This document shows positions 9,913 to 19,314 of a DNA stretch of 32,000 bases, in pieces. The DNA is taken from the NCBI RefSeq assembly GCF_021378375.1, contig NZ_CP076228.1:360001-392000 (forward strand). The letters run 5' to 3'. Position numbers and translations under genes: made by a program. Below the pieces are notes generated by a model. That model was not told the DNA's origin and did not search any database. It saw only the letters and a list, made by a program, of their open reading frames with translations. Numbering within the stretch: the first letter of the stretch is position 1; each line of letters begins with the position of its first letter. This DNA comes from Wolbachia endosymbiont of Drosophila innubila (lineage in GTDB: Bacteria > Pseudomonadota > Alphaproteobacteria > Rickettsiales > Anaplasmataceae).

Positions 9913-10177
9913 TACCTTTGATTATTCACTTTAAGCTTTAAGTCTTCAACAGAAGATGCATTTGCCTCACTTACTACCTTTAGTGGTTCACCAAGGCTAT
10001 GTTCCACTTTTGTCTCAAATTTAAAGCCCAATTTTTCGCAAAGCTTCTGAAAATATTCAACAATAACATCAAACAAATTCTTACCACTTACTTTGTAGTT
10101 TTTTAGCTCTTTAGGAATGGTAAGAAGTACTTTACCATCTTCATATGTTACATTTTTATCTTCACATTTCAGTTTTA
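9913..10177 (-). pseudogene. 3' remnant of a hypothetical gene interrupted by the IS5-family element
   Basis: Minus-strand open frame LKLKCEDKNVTYEDGKVLLTIPKELKNYKVSGKNLFDVIVEYFQKLCEKLGFKFETKVEHSLGEPLKVVSEANASSVEDLKLKVNNQR*. Confidence 0.6.
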
Positions 10178-10236
10178 GAGGTTGTCCGGAAACAAGTAAA
10201 AGGCTATAATATCTGAAATTTTAGTACGGGGTAAAG

Positions 10237-10599
10237 ATGAGAAAAAAGTATCCAACAGATCTAAGCGAAAGGGAATGGGCAAGAATAGAAAAACACTTCA
10301 GAGTATCATACAAGAAAGGAGGAAGGCTGCCAAAGTATAGCAAAAAAGAAATATTAGAAGCAATTTTCTATGTATTGCGTACAGGGTGTCAATGGCGGTA
10401 TTTACCAAATGATTTTCCGCTATGGAAGACTGTGTATGAGCAGTTCAGGCAATGGAAGAAGCAGGGAATTTTTGAGAAAATGAATTATGAAATTACAAAA
10501 TATAGTAGAAGAAAAATAGGAAAGAATGAGCAGCCGAGTGCCTGTATAGTAGATAGTCAATCTGTAAAGACTACAGAAAAGGGGGGATCAAAGCTATGA
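10237..10599 (+). CDS. IS5-family transposase, N-terminal part
   Basis: MRKKYPTDLSEREWARIEKHF...ILEAIFYVLRTGCQWRYLPNDFPLWKTVYEQFRQWKKQGIFE...IVDSQSVKTTEKGG. Confidence 0.85.
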   Translation: MRKKYPTDLSEREWARIEKHFRVSYKKGGRLPKYSKKEILEAIFYVLRTGCQWRYLPNDFPLWKTVYEQFRQWKKQGIFEKMNYEITKYSRRKIGKNEQPSACIVDSQSVKTTEKGGSKL

Positions 10600-10754
10600 T
10601 GGAAGTAAAAAGTAAAGGGTAGAAAAAGGCATATAATTACAGACACTCAGGGTTTTATACTAGGTTGTTACGTAGGCGCTGCTAACGAAAATGATAGAGA
10701 TGGTATTAAAATAGCATTAAACAATATGAGAACAAAATATACTAAAGTTAAAAA

Positions 10755-11066
10755 ATGTGGGCTGACATGGGATACCAAGGAAGAAATTTAAAGAATCACA
10801 TAAAGGAAGAATATGACATAGATATTGAAATTGTTAAAAGGCCTCCATGTAGATTTTGGGTGCACAAAGATACGCCACCTGAGCTACTACCAACAAGAGA
10901 ACAAGGGTTTAAAGTACAGCCAAGAAGATGGGTTGTAGAAAGGACTTTTGCTTGGGTTAATAGGAATAGAAGGCTATCGAAGGAGTATGATTTACTCACA
11001 ACATCCACTGAGAATTTCATATACCTAGCTATGAGTAGGGTTATGTTAAAGAGGGAATATGCTTGA
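10755..11066 (+). pseudogene. IS5-family transposase, C-terminal part (frame-disrupted from the N-terminal part)
   Basis: ADMGYQGRNLK...FKVQPRRWVVERTFAWVNRNRRLSKEYD; the intervening frames show at least 2-3 frameshifts between 10590 and 10760. Confidence 0.8.
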
Positions 11067-11643
11067 ATTTACTAGTTTCCGGACAACCTCTAAACTCCGC
11101 TGAACTGCAAAAACCTGGTGTTTCGATATATGTACAATCATCATAGTTAAGCATTTTTGTATATTTCATGCTAAAACTAAGCTTTATACAATTGGGTTCA
11201 CGACAATCCATAATATACTCTCTTGTCATACAGTTGCTTTGCGTTGACAAATGAAAAGATCCAAGAGCTTGACTCATATCATTAGGAAGAAAATGAGTAT
11301 ATCCGCCCTGATAATAGTTATTTATTAACTCCTCAATAACAGAGTTATTGGGAATTGTTGCACCAACGTGTTTAAACATTTCTGTAAAAATTTGTCTGAG
11401 AAATGGACGATAATTCCCTTTTCCGTTTTCATCCCGTAGAATTAGATTTTTATGTTTTGAATACAGATTGTTAATAAATTCGTTAGTTATTTTTTGTCCG
11501 TTAATAGCAAGGCCGTGTGTTCTATTAAGATCCTTATATGTTCCCTCACCAGAAATTACTTCGTCCCAAGTGTTAGCTTTGAAATCAGCATATTTGAGCT
11601 TCTTCACTTCAGCTTTCAACGCATTGACCATTTCCTTTGACAT
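11041..11643 (-). pseudogene. 5' part of a hypothetical gene; the natural reading frame ends at the IS insertion (11091) and the last residues are IS-derived
   Basis: ORF MSKEMVNALKAEVKKLKYADFKANTWDEVISG...GFCSSAEF then RGCPETSKFKHIPSLT, read through the IS terminus. Confidence 0.7.
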
Positions 11644-11700
11644 GTTATATCTCTACCATTAATACCTGTATATTAATTCTAGCACTTACTTTATTAAATT

Positions 11701-14700
11701 TCAATTACTAAATGAATTTATCACTTTCACTTCCGTATTTTCCAGCGAGTCACCGTAAGTCACTGCTTTTAGGTAAAACTTTTTTCCCCTTTGCACTTCG
11801 AAAGATATTACTGAATCATCAAGCAGAGTAAATTTTTCACCTGCGGTGTGCTGATACTCTTTGGTGCCCTCTTGCCCTCTAATTAGGTTGCTAAGCTTAT
11901 ATTTATTTTTATCTATAAGTTCGGCACTCTGAAATTTTACTATCTCTTTTCCAACCAGTGCTAAATTGCTTACATTTATAGTACTAACATTAGTGCTTGT
12001 AAAACCCTCTTCTGTCATCCCAGTGCCCAGACACTGGGATCCAGGAGAAATATGGTCAAGCGCTGGAATGACACCATCACTTAAATAATGGTTATATGAA
12101 GAACTCAATACACCAAAACGTAACACTACTATAAGCCCCTCGTCGGTAGATTCCATTACATATCCGTAAGTAGACTGCTTGTTTGTGTTTGCGATAGGCT
12201 TATAATCCTTATCGTTGTACGAAATAAAGAGTGTTGCTCCTTTCCAATTCTTTTCCTCACTAATTAAAGTAAAGCTTGCACTATTACCTTTAATATCCGG
12301 TAAATCTATCATTTCTACGATGGTTTTGCTGATATGAGAAGGAGGGTATTCCTTCAGCATAAGTGACCTTGTTGAAGGAAAAGAAAGCTTATATATAGAG
12401 TGATCATAACCAACGCCAATTACTTGAATGGACATGCTTTCAAATTTCGTTTTTATAATTCTCACCGTATGTTTTTTCTCACTGTCTAAAATCGTTATTA
12501 CATCACTTGGCACAAGCCACGCATATTTTATCGGTAGCTTGAAATTGTATATATTTCTCTCTTGCCACGAAGAATAAAGTAAAACCTCAGCGATATTTTG
12601 CGCCTCTCCCTCCTCCATAATGAGCGGTATTTCAACTGTTATAGCAGCGCCTTGCTTTGGCAACTCAGCATATTTAACATCAATTGGATAGCCAAAATTG
12701 CGATTAAAATAAACGACGTTAACTTTATTGTTTAAATCTAATTGACTGATATTAGCAAGTTTTGAATTGTTACTGAAAACCGTTTCACCAATTGGTATTT
12801 CAGTCGTAACTCCCCTGCCCTTTTGGACAAATTTCAGTTTAGAGTCCTGTTCAACCACATCAAAAAAATAGCAATTTTGCAGCATTTTAATAATTGAACG
12901 TACCGATTGCTGGTCATTTATTACATATCCAGACAATAATTCTTTAACATCACTCGTATCGAACTGATCGCTTTTTAAACCTGCTTTTTGTAATAGATCC
13001 GATAAAACATCGGAAATATTAAGCTGTGAAAGCTTTCCCTGAATCCAATGTCCTGTCTGCCAATTATGGCAGTCAGTCCACATATCACACAAATTGGGGA
13101 AATAAGGAAATGGCCTTGCATCCCATGCCCAGAGAAACATTTTTTCTACCATTTCCGAGCTTTGCCACTTCTTTAGCGTTCCTTCAATTGCAATTTTTTG
13201 CGAAAGAAAGCTCACCTCTCCGTTTGAATATCGTGGATATTTGCTCTCTATGCTGCCTTTATCAACAAACACATTTGGCTCATTAGTGCAGCCGTTCATA
13301 CTGGGAAATCCATACTCAGTAAACCATATTTTTTTCATTTTTGGTTGCCATTTCGTTTTACTACCACTGGGGTTTATGTGAGTTTCACTCCACCATTTCT
13401 CTATATTTTTCCACGCATACCTGCTGTCGTTATACTTTACTTTTTCAGGTTCACTCTTTGAGTAATCATAGAAATAATCATACCCCACTCCACTGCTCCA
13501 ACCACCCATTACATCTTCCGCGGAATAACCAAAAGGAGGCTCTGGACCATCAGTCAGTGGAAAATAAGCATCTATGCCAATAACGTCGATGTACTCTGAA
13601 GACCAAAGCTCATCCATATTATACCAACCATCATATGAATGGTATTCACTCCAATCAGCAGCGTAAGTTACCGTTACTTCTTTTCCAAGCTGAAGTTTTA
13701 TTCGCTTTGCAAGCTTAACTAGCTCTATAACGGCAGGGTAATTCCCTTGTTCATCCCTGATTTTGGTAAGTTGCGCAAATTCAGATCCGATGATAAACCC
13801 TTCCACTTTAGTTTGTTTGGCAATGCTTGCATAATGCTCTATAAATTTGTTATATTGATTCTCAAAAAAATCACTTATATCCCCAGGGGTCCCGCTCAAT
13901 TTTCCTCGCTACTCTTTGTTCTTTGTGTCAAGTAAGGGCATTGGATAGAGCATCACCTTGTAGCCTCTGCTGTGTAGCTCTTCTATATATCTTATCAACG
14001 CTGCATCACTAACTGTGCCACCATACCTTGGGTTTCCACTCGCATCTTTTGAAATTAGCTGAGCATTATCTCTGGTTACACCCCCTACTTGCCAATCATC
14101 AGGTAATATTGCGGAATCATCTTGAAATTCAACTGCAAGATATATTTTACAATCTTTAATGTTCAGATCATTCACAAACCAATTGACTACCACCGACACC
14201 AACTCAACATTTGGCAAATCTTCTTTTAATTGATCCAAAGAAAGCATTGCATCGCTCTTTTTAGTGTGGTTGTTGTGATTTACCCTTTGCGCCAGCCCAT
14301 ATGGGATATATTGGTTGCTGCTTATTTTCTCTTGCGCGATTTTCTTCTGTATTTTTGTATCATATACAAACTCACCTGAACCTGGTATGATATTGATATT
14401 CCGAATATTTTCCGCTATTGAAAACCCAACGGGCTTTAATGCAGTTCGCACTTCAAATGTAAATATCGGGACGCGATTGTTATAGTCTGCTAAAGGAAAA
14501 TTCTTGATGACTATGTAAGATATTTCCCTATAAGCCGGCACATTCCCCTCTCCTTCAATTGATGACATAAATGGATCAGGATTTTGGTCTTCTCTGCCGC
14601 TGTAAAAAGTATAATCTATTTCATCAAAGCTAAGTGATGTTGTATCTGCCCAGATTCTGTTTAATTTTTCTACTTTCCCCTTGCAGATCGCAATTGCAAG

Positions 14701-15087
14701 CGTTGCGTAGTAATTATATGTAACGTTCATACCTCTTCCAATTTTGCTTTTGGTGGTTATCGCCTCTTCTTTTATTGGCTGTGACCAAATAATGTTCCCT
14801 GCAACACGAGCAGTGCCATAGATAATTGGAATCGTTCTGCCGTAGGTTGAGGTTTGAACTTGCAGATTTTTTAGTCTCGCACCATGCGTTACTTTTTGCT
14901 CGGCATCAAGGCCGAACATTGCCCCATCTAGCTGTGCACCAAGAAGAGCACCGAGTTCTGAGCCGATAATCCGGCCAATTGGACCAAAAATGCTGCCTGC
15001 TTGACCAAAAATTGATGATAAAATTATTGTAGACATGGTAATCCTCCTTTTGATAGATTTTTTTGAAATTGTTGAGAGAAGATCCAA
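11701..15087 (-). pseudogene. Gene-transfer-agent / phage-type tail protein with TIM-barrel-like domain, split by an in-frame TAG
   Basis: N-terminal ORF 13909-15087 (MSTIILSSIFGQAGSIFGPIGRIIGSELGALLGAQLDG...LKNLQVQTSTYGRTIPIIYGTARVAGNIIW...YKVMLYPMPLLDTKNKE), TAG at 13909-13911, then the same frame continues RGKLSGTPGDISDFFENQYNKFIEHYA...EGFIIGSEF...MKKIWFTEYGFPS...VFLWAWDARPFPYFP. Confidence 0.8.
12010..12074 (-). repeat. Palindromic element of the tkt/intergenic family, in frame inside the tail gene
   Basis: ATCCCAGTG-CCCAGA-CACTGGGAT at 12017-12040 on the + strand; coding direction GGTGTCATTCCAGCGCTTGACC...GGATCCCAGTGTCTGGGCACTGGGATGACA encodes GVIPALDHISPGSQCLGTGMT. Confidence 0.85.
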
Positions 15088-15105
15088 GTATCACGCTACT
15101 TGGAT
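15082..15105. repeat. Short palindrome of the dispersed type
   Basis: ATCCAAGTA-TCACGC-TACTTGGAT followed by GACA, with a further ACTGGGATGACAG at 15119-15131. Confidence 0.7.
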
Positions 15106-15311
15106 GACAAGAAAGTGGTACTGGGATGACAGATACTATGATAAGAAATTCAGCAGCTTACAATGGATAGTTGAAGTTTTTAATTAAGAAAAGCACACAA
15201 GTAAACCGTGTAGCTATAGTTATTGTAAGCAACAATGAAAAAGTGCGGAAGTGAAAAATTTATGTTGATTTTATATTAATTTTTAGTACAATTTAGTATT
15301 ATAATCTGGGG

Positions 15312-16328
15312 GTGCTAATGAAATTTGAAAGGTCGGAAGAAAATAGTAAAAGAGTCTTGTCTGGTACAAAATGGATTACTAATGTTGGTCAAAACTATCT
15401 TACATCACTGAATAATAGCACTAAACCAACTAGTTCTGGAAAAAAATTAATCAATGCTTTTTTACTTGTTCCAATCATCGTGCCTACTGCTATAACAGCA
15501 TTATCTCTTAGCTTAACTATGCTTTTTTTGAATGCTGTTAATGTTCAAAAAGATGATTCTAAATTATCTAAAGTAATAAAGTTTATAGTTAGCTCTCTAA
15601 TCTATATAGCTGCTACCGTGGTTTTAATTCCGTGCATTGTATTAAATCTAATAATTTCACTGATACCTGGTCTTATTTTTTATTACATTAATAAAGACAT
15701 GTTTAGTCAAAAAGACATAAAAAACAGTCAAGGTCAACCAGTAAATAAAGTTGAGATAAGTAATGATAAAGAATACAATGAGCGTGTTGAAAAAGAAGCT
15801 AGCATATTAGGAACTGACCAACATCAAAATAATGAAGAGCACGAGCAAAATGAACTAAGGAGTAATAGTCAAAGTAATTCAGAACAACACCATTCAGCAT
15901 ATAATCAAGCATTAGTAAGTAATGGTCAACTACATAATCAACCGACTGTAGAAGTAATATCTCGAGAAGTGGGTAATACGCGATTTGTAGACCAGACTGT
16001 TATAGCAAAGGATATAAATAATGATGGTATACGAGATGGTGGAATGATGATGCGAGCAGTTGGAAATGATCGTAACTTCACTGCTTGTGGTGTTGTTACC
16101 GGAAATGCTACTAATAAACAAGAAGGTTTCGCTACTGCTATGAAGCTTTCATGTAACATTGTTGAAAATGGAATAGATTTCCAACTTGGCTGCAGTATGC
16201 GCACTGGAACTGACAAAAAGCAAGCAATTAAACATCTTAAGCAAAGTGAATCAGCGCAAACTTTGCTATCTGGTGATAGTGGAATATTGTCTATAGAGCA
16301 GTTTGGTAGCTCACAACGAAAGCAGTAA
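15312..16328 (+). CDS. Hypothetical protein with N-terminal membrane helices, Gln/Asn/Ser-rich linker and conserved-looking C-terminal domain
   Basis: 338 aa ORF, GTG start; hydrophobic segments LINAFLLVPIIVPTAITALSLSLTMLFL and VIKFIVSSLIYIAATVVLIPCIVLNLIISLIPGLIFYYI; C-terminal NTRFVDQTVIAKDINNDGIRDGGMMMRAVGNDRNFTACGVVTG. Confidence 0.7.
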   Translation: MLMKFERSEENSKRVLSGTKWITNVGQNYLTSLNNSTKPTSSGKKLINAFLLVPIIVPTAITALSLSLTMLFLNAVNVQKDDSKLSKVIKFIVSSLIYIAATVVLIPCIVLNLIISLIPGLIFYYINKDMFSQKDIKNSQGQPVNKVEISNDKEYNERVEKEASILGTDQHQNNEEHEQNELRSNSQSNSEQHHSAYNQALVSNGQLHNQPTVEVISREVGNTRFVDQTVIAKDINNDGIRDGGMMMRAVGNDRNFTACGVVTGNATNKQEGFATAMKLSCNIVENGIDFQLGCSMRTGTDKKQAIKHLKQSESAQTLLSGDSGILSIEQFGSSQRKQ

Positions 16329-16886
16329 TTATTTCACCAGCGGCAAAGTAATACCATGCTGATTCATATATTTTCCTTTCATATCATCATATGATTTCTC
16401 GCATTCACTTTCGCCGCTTAAAAATACGAATTGGCATGCGCCTTCATTAGCGTAAATTTTCGCAGGAAGTGGAGTGGTGTTTGAGAATTCGAGTGTGACA
16501 TGACCTTCCCATCCAGGTTCTAAGGGAGTAACGTTTACTATAATTCCACATCTTGCGTAAGTTGATTTACCAACACAAATGACCAGTACATTCCTTGGTA
16601 TACGAAAATATTCCACTGTACTTGCAAGCACAAAGCTATTTGGTGGAATTATACATACGTCTGTTTCCTTATCTATGAAGCTATTCTCAGAAAAATTTTT
16701 AGGGTCCACGATGGCTGAATTAACGTTAGTAAAAATTTTAAATTTATTATCCACTCTTGCATCGTAACCATAAGATGATAGTCCGAAAGATATAACACCT
16801 TTGCTGCTTTTGTGGTTCACAAAAGGTTCTATCATTCCAAAATTTTCAGCTTTTTCTCTTATCCATTTATCTGGCATAACTGGCAT
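16329..16886 (-). CDS. dcd: dCTP deaminase
   Basis: 185 aa; [59 protein letters not shown] are diagnostic. Confidence 0.95.
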   Translation of the reverse strand: MPVMPDKWIREKAENFGMIEPFVNHKSSKGVISFGLSSYGYDARVDNKFKIFTNVNSAIVDPKNFSENSFIDKETDVCIIPPNSFVLASTVEYFRIPRNVLVICVGKSTYARCGIIVNVTPLEPGWEGHVTLEFSNTTPLPAKIYANEGACQFVFLSGESECEKSYDDMKGKYMNQHGITLPLVK

Positions 16887-17027
16887 AATTGCCCCTTAAA
16901 GTTGTGTAATACTTACAATAATATAAAATAAAATTTAAATGTAAACTGTAGCTTTTGTCATGCAATTAAAGCTTTTCAGTTTGATTTTTTATTACAATAA
17001 TTAGATTTATGTTCTTAACTAAAAATA

Positions 17028-18044
17028 ATGCTTAGAAACTTTCTCCTGATTTTTGTATTCGTATTATTCACGCCGCTATCAAATGCTGATGCCAGGAAAT
17101 ACATCAGAATTGTTGGATCTTCAACTGTTTTTCCTTTTATCTCGTTTATAGCCGAAGAGTTCAACCGTGTATTCTCCTTTAAGACTCCAGTTGTGGAATC
17201 GATAGGAAGTGGATCAGGATTCAAAATGTTTTGCTCAGGAATAGGGGAAGACACTCCAGACATCACCACTTCATCTCGCCCTATGAAGGAAGTAGAAAGA
17301 GAACTATGTAAAAGGAATAAAATTAATGAAGTGATAGAAATCATCATTGGCTATGATGGAGTTGTCATTGCAAATTCAAATCAAAGCCATAGATTTGATT
17401 TCACAAAGAAGGACTTATTTGAAACTTTATCTGCATATTCTCAAGAAAATGATAAATTAGTAAAAAATAATAAGAAGTTTTGGTCTAATGTCAATCAAGC
17501 CTTACCAAAAACAGAAATTGAAATTTATGGTCCACATCAAAATACAGGTACATACGAAACTTTGGTTAATTCTATTATGCTTGATCAATATTCATGCATG
17601 AACTCGAGAATTTTCAAAGAGAATTATAAAGATCAGGAAGAAAGAAAGAAAGCATGTGGTAATATAAGGGATGACGGAAGGTATATAGAAGTTGGAATTA
17701 ATGAAAATATAATAATACAAAAATTGAAAAGTAACAAGAACGCCTTAGGGATATTTAGTTTCAGCTTTTTAATGAGGAATCAAGATAAAATACAAGGGAG
17801 CACAATTGCAGGAATTGAGCCAACTTACGAAAATATATCATCGGGAAAATATATATTAGCAAGACCTCTATACCTTTACATAAAGAGGGAACACTTGGAT
17901 ACTGTTGATGGATTAAGAGAATTCGTAAAAGAAATTATAGATTCGATCGGCATTGAAGATGGGTACCTATCTAGGCTTGGTCTAATTCCACTTTCAAGTG
18001 AAGATATAAAGAAAGCTTCAGCAAAGGTTTATGATATAACGTGA
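17028..18044 (+). CDS. pstS: Phosphate ABC transporter substrate-binding protein
   Basis: N-terminal signal peptide, then RIVGSSTVFPFISFIAEEF...VESIGSGSGFKMFCSG...ITTSSRPMKEVE, typical PstS. Confidence 0.85.
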   Translation: MLRNFLLIFVFVLFTPLSNADARKYIRIVGSSTVFPFISFIAEEFNRVFSFKTPVVESIGSGSGFKMFCSGIGEDTPDITTSSRPMKEVERELCKRNKINEVIEIIIGYDGVVIANSNQSHRFDFTKKDLFETLSAYSQENDKLVKNNKKFWSNVNQALPKTEIEIYGPHQNTGTYETLVNSIMLDQYSCMNSRIFKENYKDQEERKKACGNIRDDGRYIEVGINENIIIQKLKSNKNALGIFSFSFLMRNQDKIQGSTIAGIEPTYENISSGKYILARPLYLYIKREHLDTVDGLREFVKEIIDSIGIEDGYLSRLGLIPLSSEDIKKASAKVYDIT

Positions 18045-18116
18045 CGGCAACGTTTCTTTTATATTCTTTGTTCTAGCGTAGTCAGACCCAGCGCGGCGCG
18101 CTGGGATGACAATGGA

Positions 18117-18791
18117 TTACTGATTAGGCAGTTCTGCGTTGTTGCAACACCCAGAAACAACCGGGTTCAAACTTTTCGTATTTGGACTTTCTGATTTCTC
18201 ACAAACTCCTCCAATATAAGCTAGTACAGCCAATGCTGAAACTGCTGAAACTTCTAAAACTAATGCAACTACAGGATATGCCAGCACATAGGCTGCAATA
18301 GCACCAACTACGCATAGTCCAACAACGCCTAGAGCGATCTTCCCTTTGTATTCATTAAGCTTTATTTCTCTGTCCTTTTTATAACCCTTAACTTCTTGAA
18401 TAAAGTCTTCAAGCCATCCCTCACCAGCTATATTAGCATACTCTTTTTGTTGCTTTTCAAGAGAACCTATTATATAGTTATCTTCTGTATTTTGACCTTC
18501 TCTATTAACCATGTGGTCTTCAAGCCAGAAGTTACGAACATCAGGGGAAGCTTTATCCCAAAGAAGTTTAGTGATCTCTTTTATCTTTTCAAATTCTTCT
18601 TTGCCAAGATTTCTTTCATAGTCAACCATCAGAGGATAAATTAACAAGCAATCAATATCAGTAGCATCACTCCAATATACATTTCGCGTCAAAACACTTT
18701 CTACATCTTCACCGCAATTCTCTAGTGCTGTTTTAACTTGATCAACATTAAGACTTCTTATTGCACGCCTTAGTGCCATATCAAGATCCAT
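18117..18791 (-). CDS. Hypothetical protein with C-terminal transmembrane hairpin
   Basis: 224 aa ORF, MDLDMALRRAIRSLNVDQVKTALENCGEDVESVL...; TM-like GKIALGVVGLCVVGAIAAYVLAYPVVALVLEVSAVSALAVLAYIGG. Confidence 0.6.
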   Translation of the reverse strand: MDLDMALRRAIRSLNVDQVKTALENCGEDVESVLTRNVYWSDATDIDCLLIYPLMVDYERNLGKEEFEKIKEITKLLWDKASPDVRNFWLEDHMVNREGQNTEDNYIIGSLEKQQKEYANIAGEGWLEDFIQEVKGYKKDREIKLNEYKGKIALGVVGLCVVGAIAAYVLAYPVVALVLEVSAVSALAVLAYIGGVCEKSESPNTKSLNPVVSGCCNNAELPNQ

Positions 18792-19173
18792 TACCTCTTG
18801 TGCTCTTCTATTTCTTGAATAACTGTTTTAAGAGCAGGTATGTTATAAAGGCCAAATCCTCGAAAACTCTCTATTGCACGACAACACACAAAATCACGAG
18901 TTTTCTGATTAGCAACTTTCCAAATTTGTTTAATGATCTCTACGTTTTCTCCAATTTCTCCTTGAACTTTAACTCCAGCGTCAAGACCAATAATAGCAAA
19001 ATCTAAAAAATTATCTTTGTAACCAGCCCCAATCCCCTCGTGGTTCAAAACTGCTTGTATATTATCACATTCATTATTGTCGAATATGCCCTGGACCTTT
19101 TGAGGGTAGTTATTGCTAATTGCTATAATTAATGAAGCTCGAATTTTTTTTGTATATCAGTTAATTCAACCAT
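18791..19173 (-). pseudogene. Hypothetical protein (MVELTDIQKKF / RASLIIAISNNYPQKVQGIFDNNECDNIQAVLNHEGIGAGYKDN...), frameshifted at an A8 tract
   Basis: The ORF track gives 18791-19048; manual translation shows an open frame upstream and a plausible ATG at 19173 in another frame, joined by a 1-nt shift at the oligo-A run near 19149-19156. Confidence 0.55.
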
Positions 19174-19314
19174 ATCTTACCTCTAATAAAAATTTAATTA
19201 TCACACATATTTACAAGTAAATCAAGTATATTGTTAATAACTGTTAATAAAGGCCAACAAAATGCTTGACGTTAGAGTAGCTTTTATGGCTTTGTATAGC
19301 GAGGAAGTAATTCT

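Larger units (their letters stand above)
10178..11090 (+). mobile_element. IS5-family insertion sequence (possibly ISWpi1-like), 913 bp, degenerate transposase
   Basis: Terminal inverted repeats GAGGTTGTCCGGAAAC...GTTTCCGGACAACCTC, flanked by TA duplication (10176-10177 / 11091-11092), enclosing two transposase ORFs. Confidence 0.9.

Noticed and set aside
13026-13935. Plus-strand ORFs over the tail gene (13026-13286, 13341-13583, 13747-13935)
   Set aside because: Antisense to a clearly coding frame; no homology signal or plausible start context.
11701-15087. A complete prophage or GTA cluster
   Set aside because: Only one tail-type gene is present; flanking genes are a hypothetical, an IS5 element, an unrelated membrane protein and dcd.
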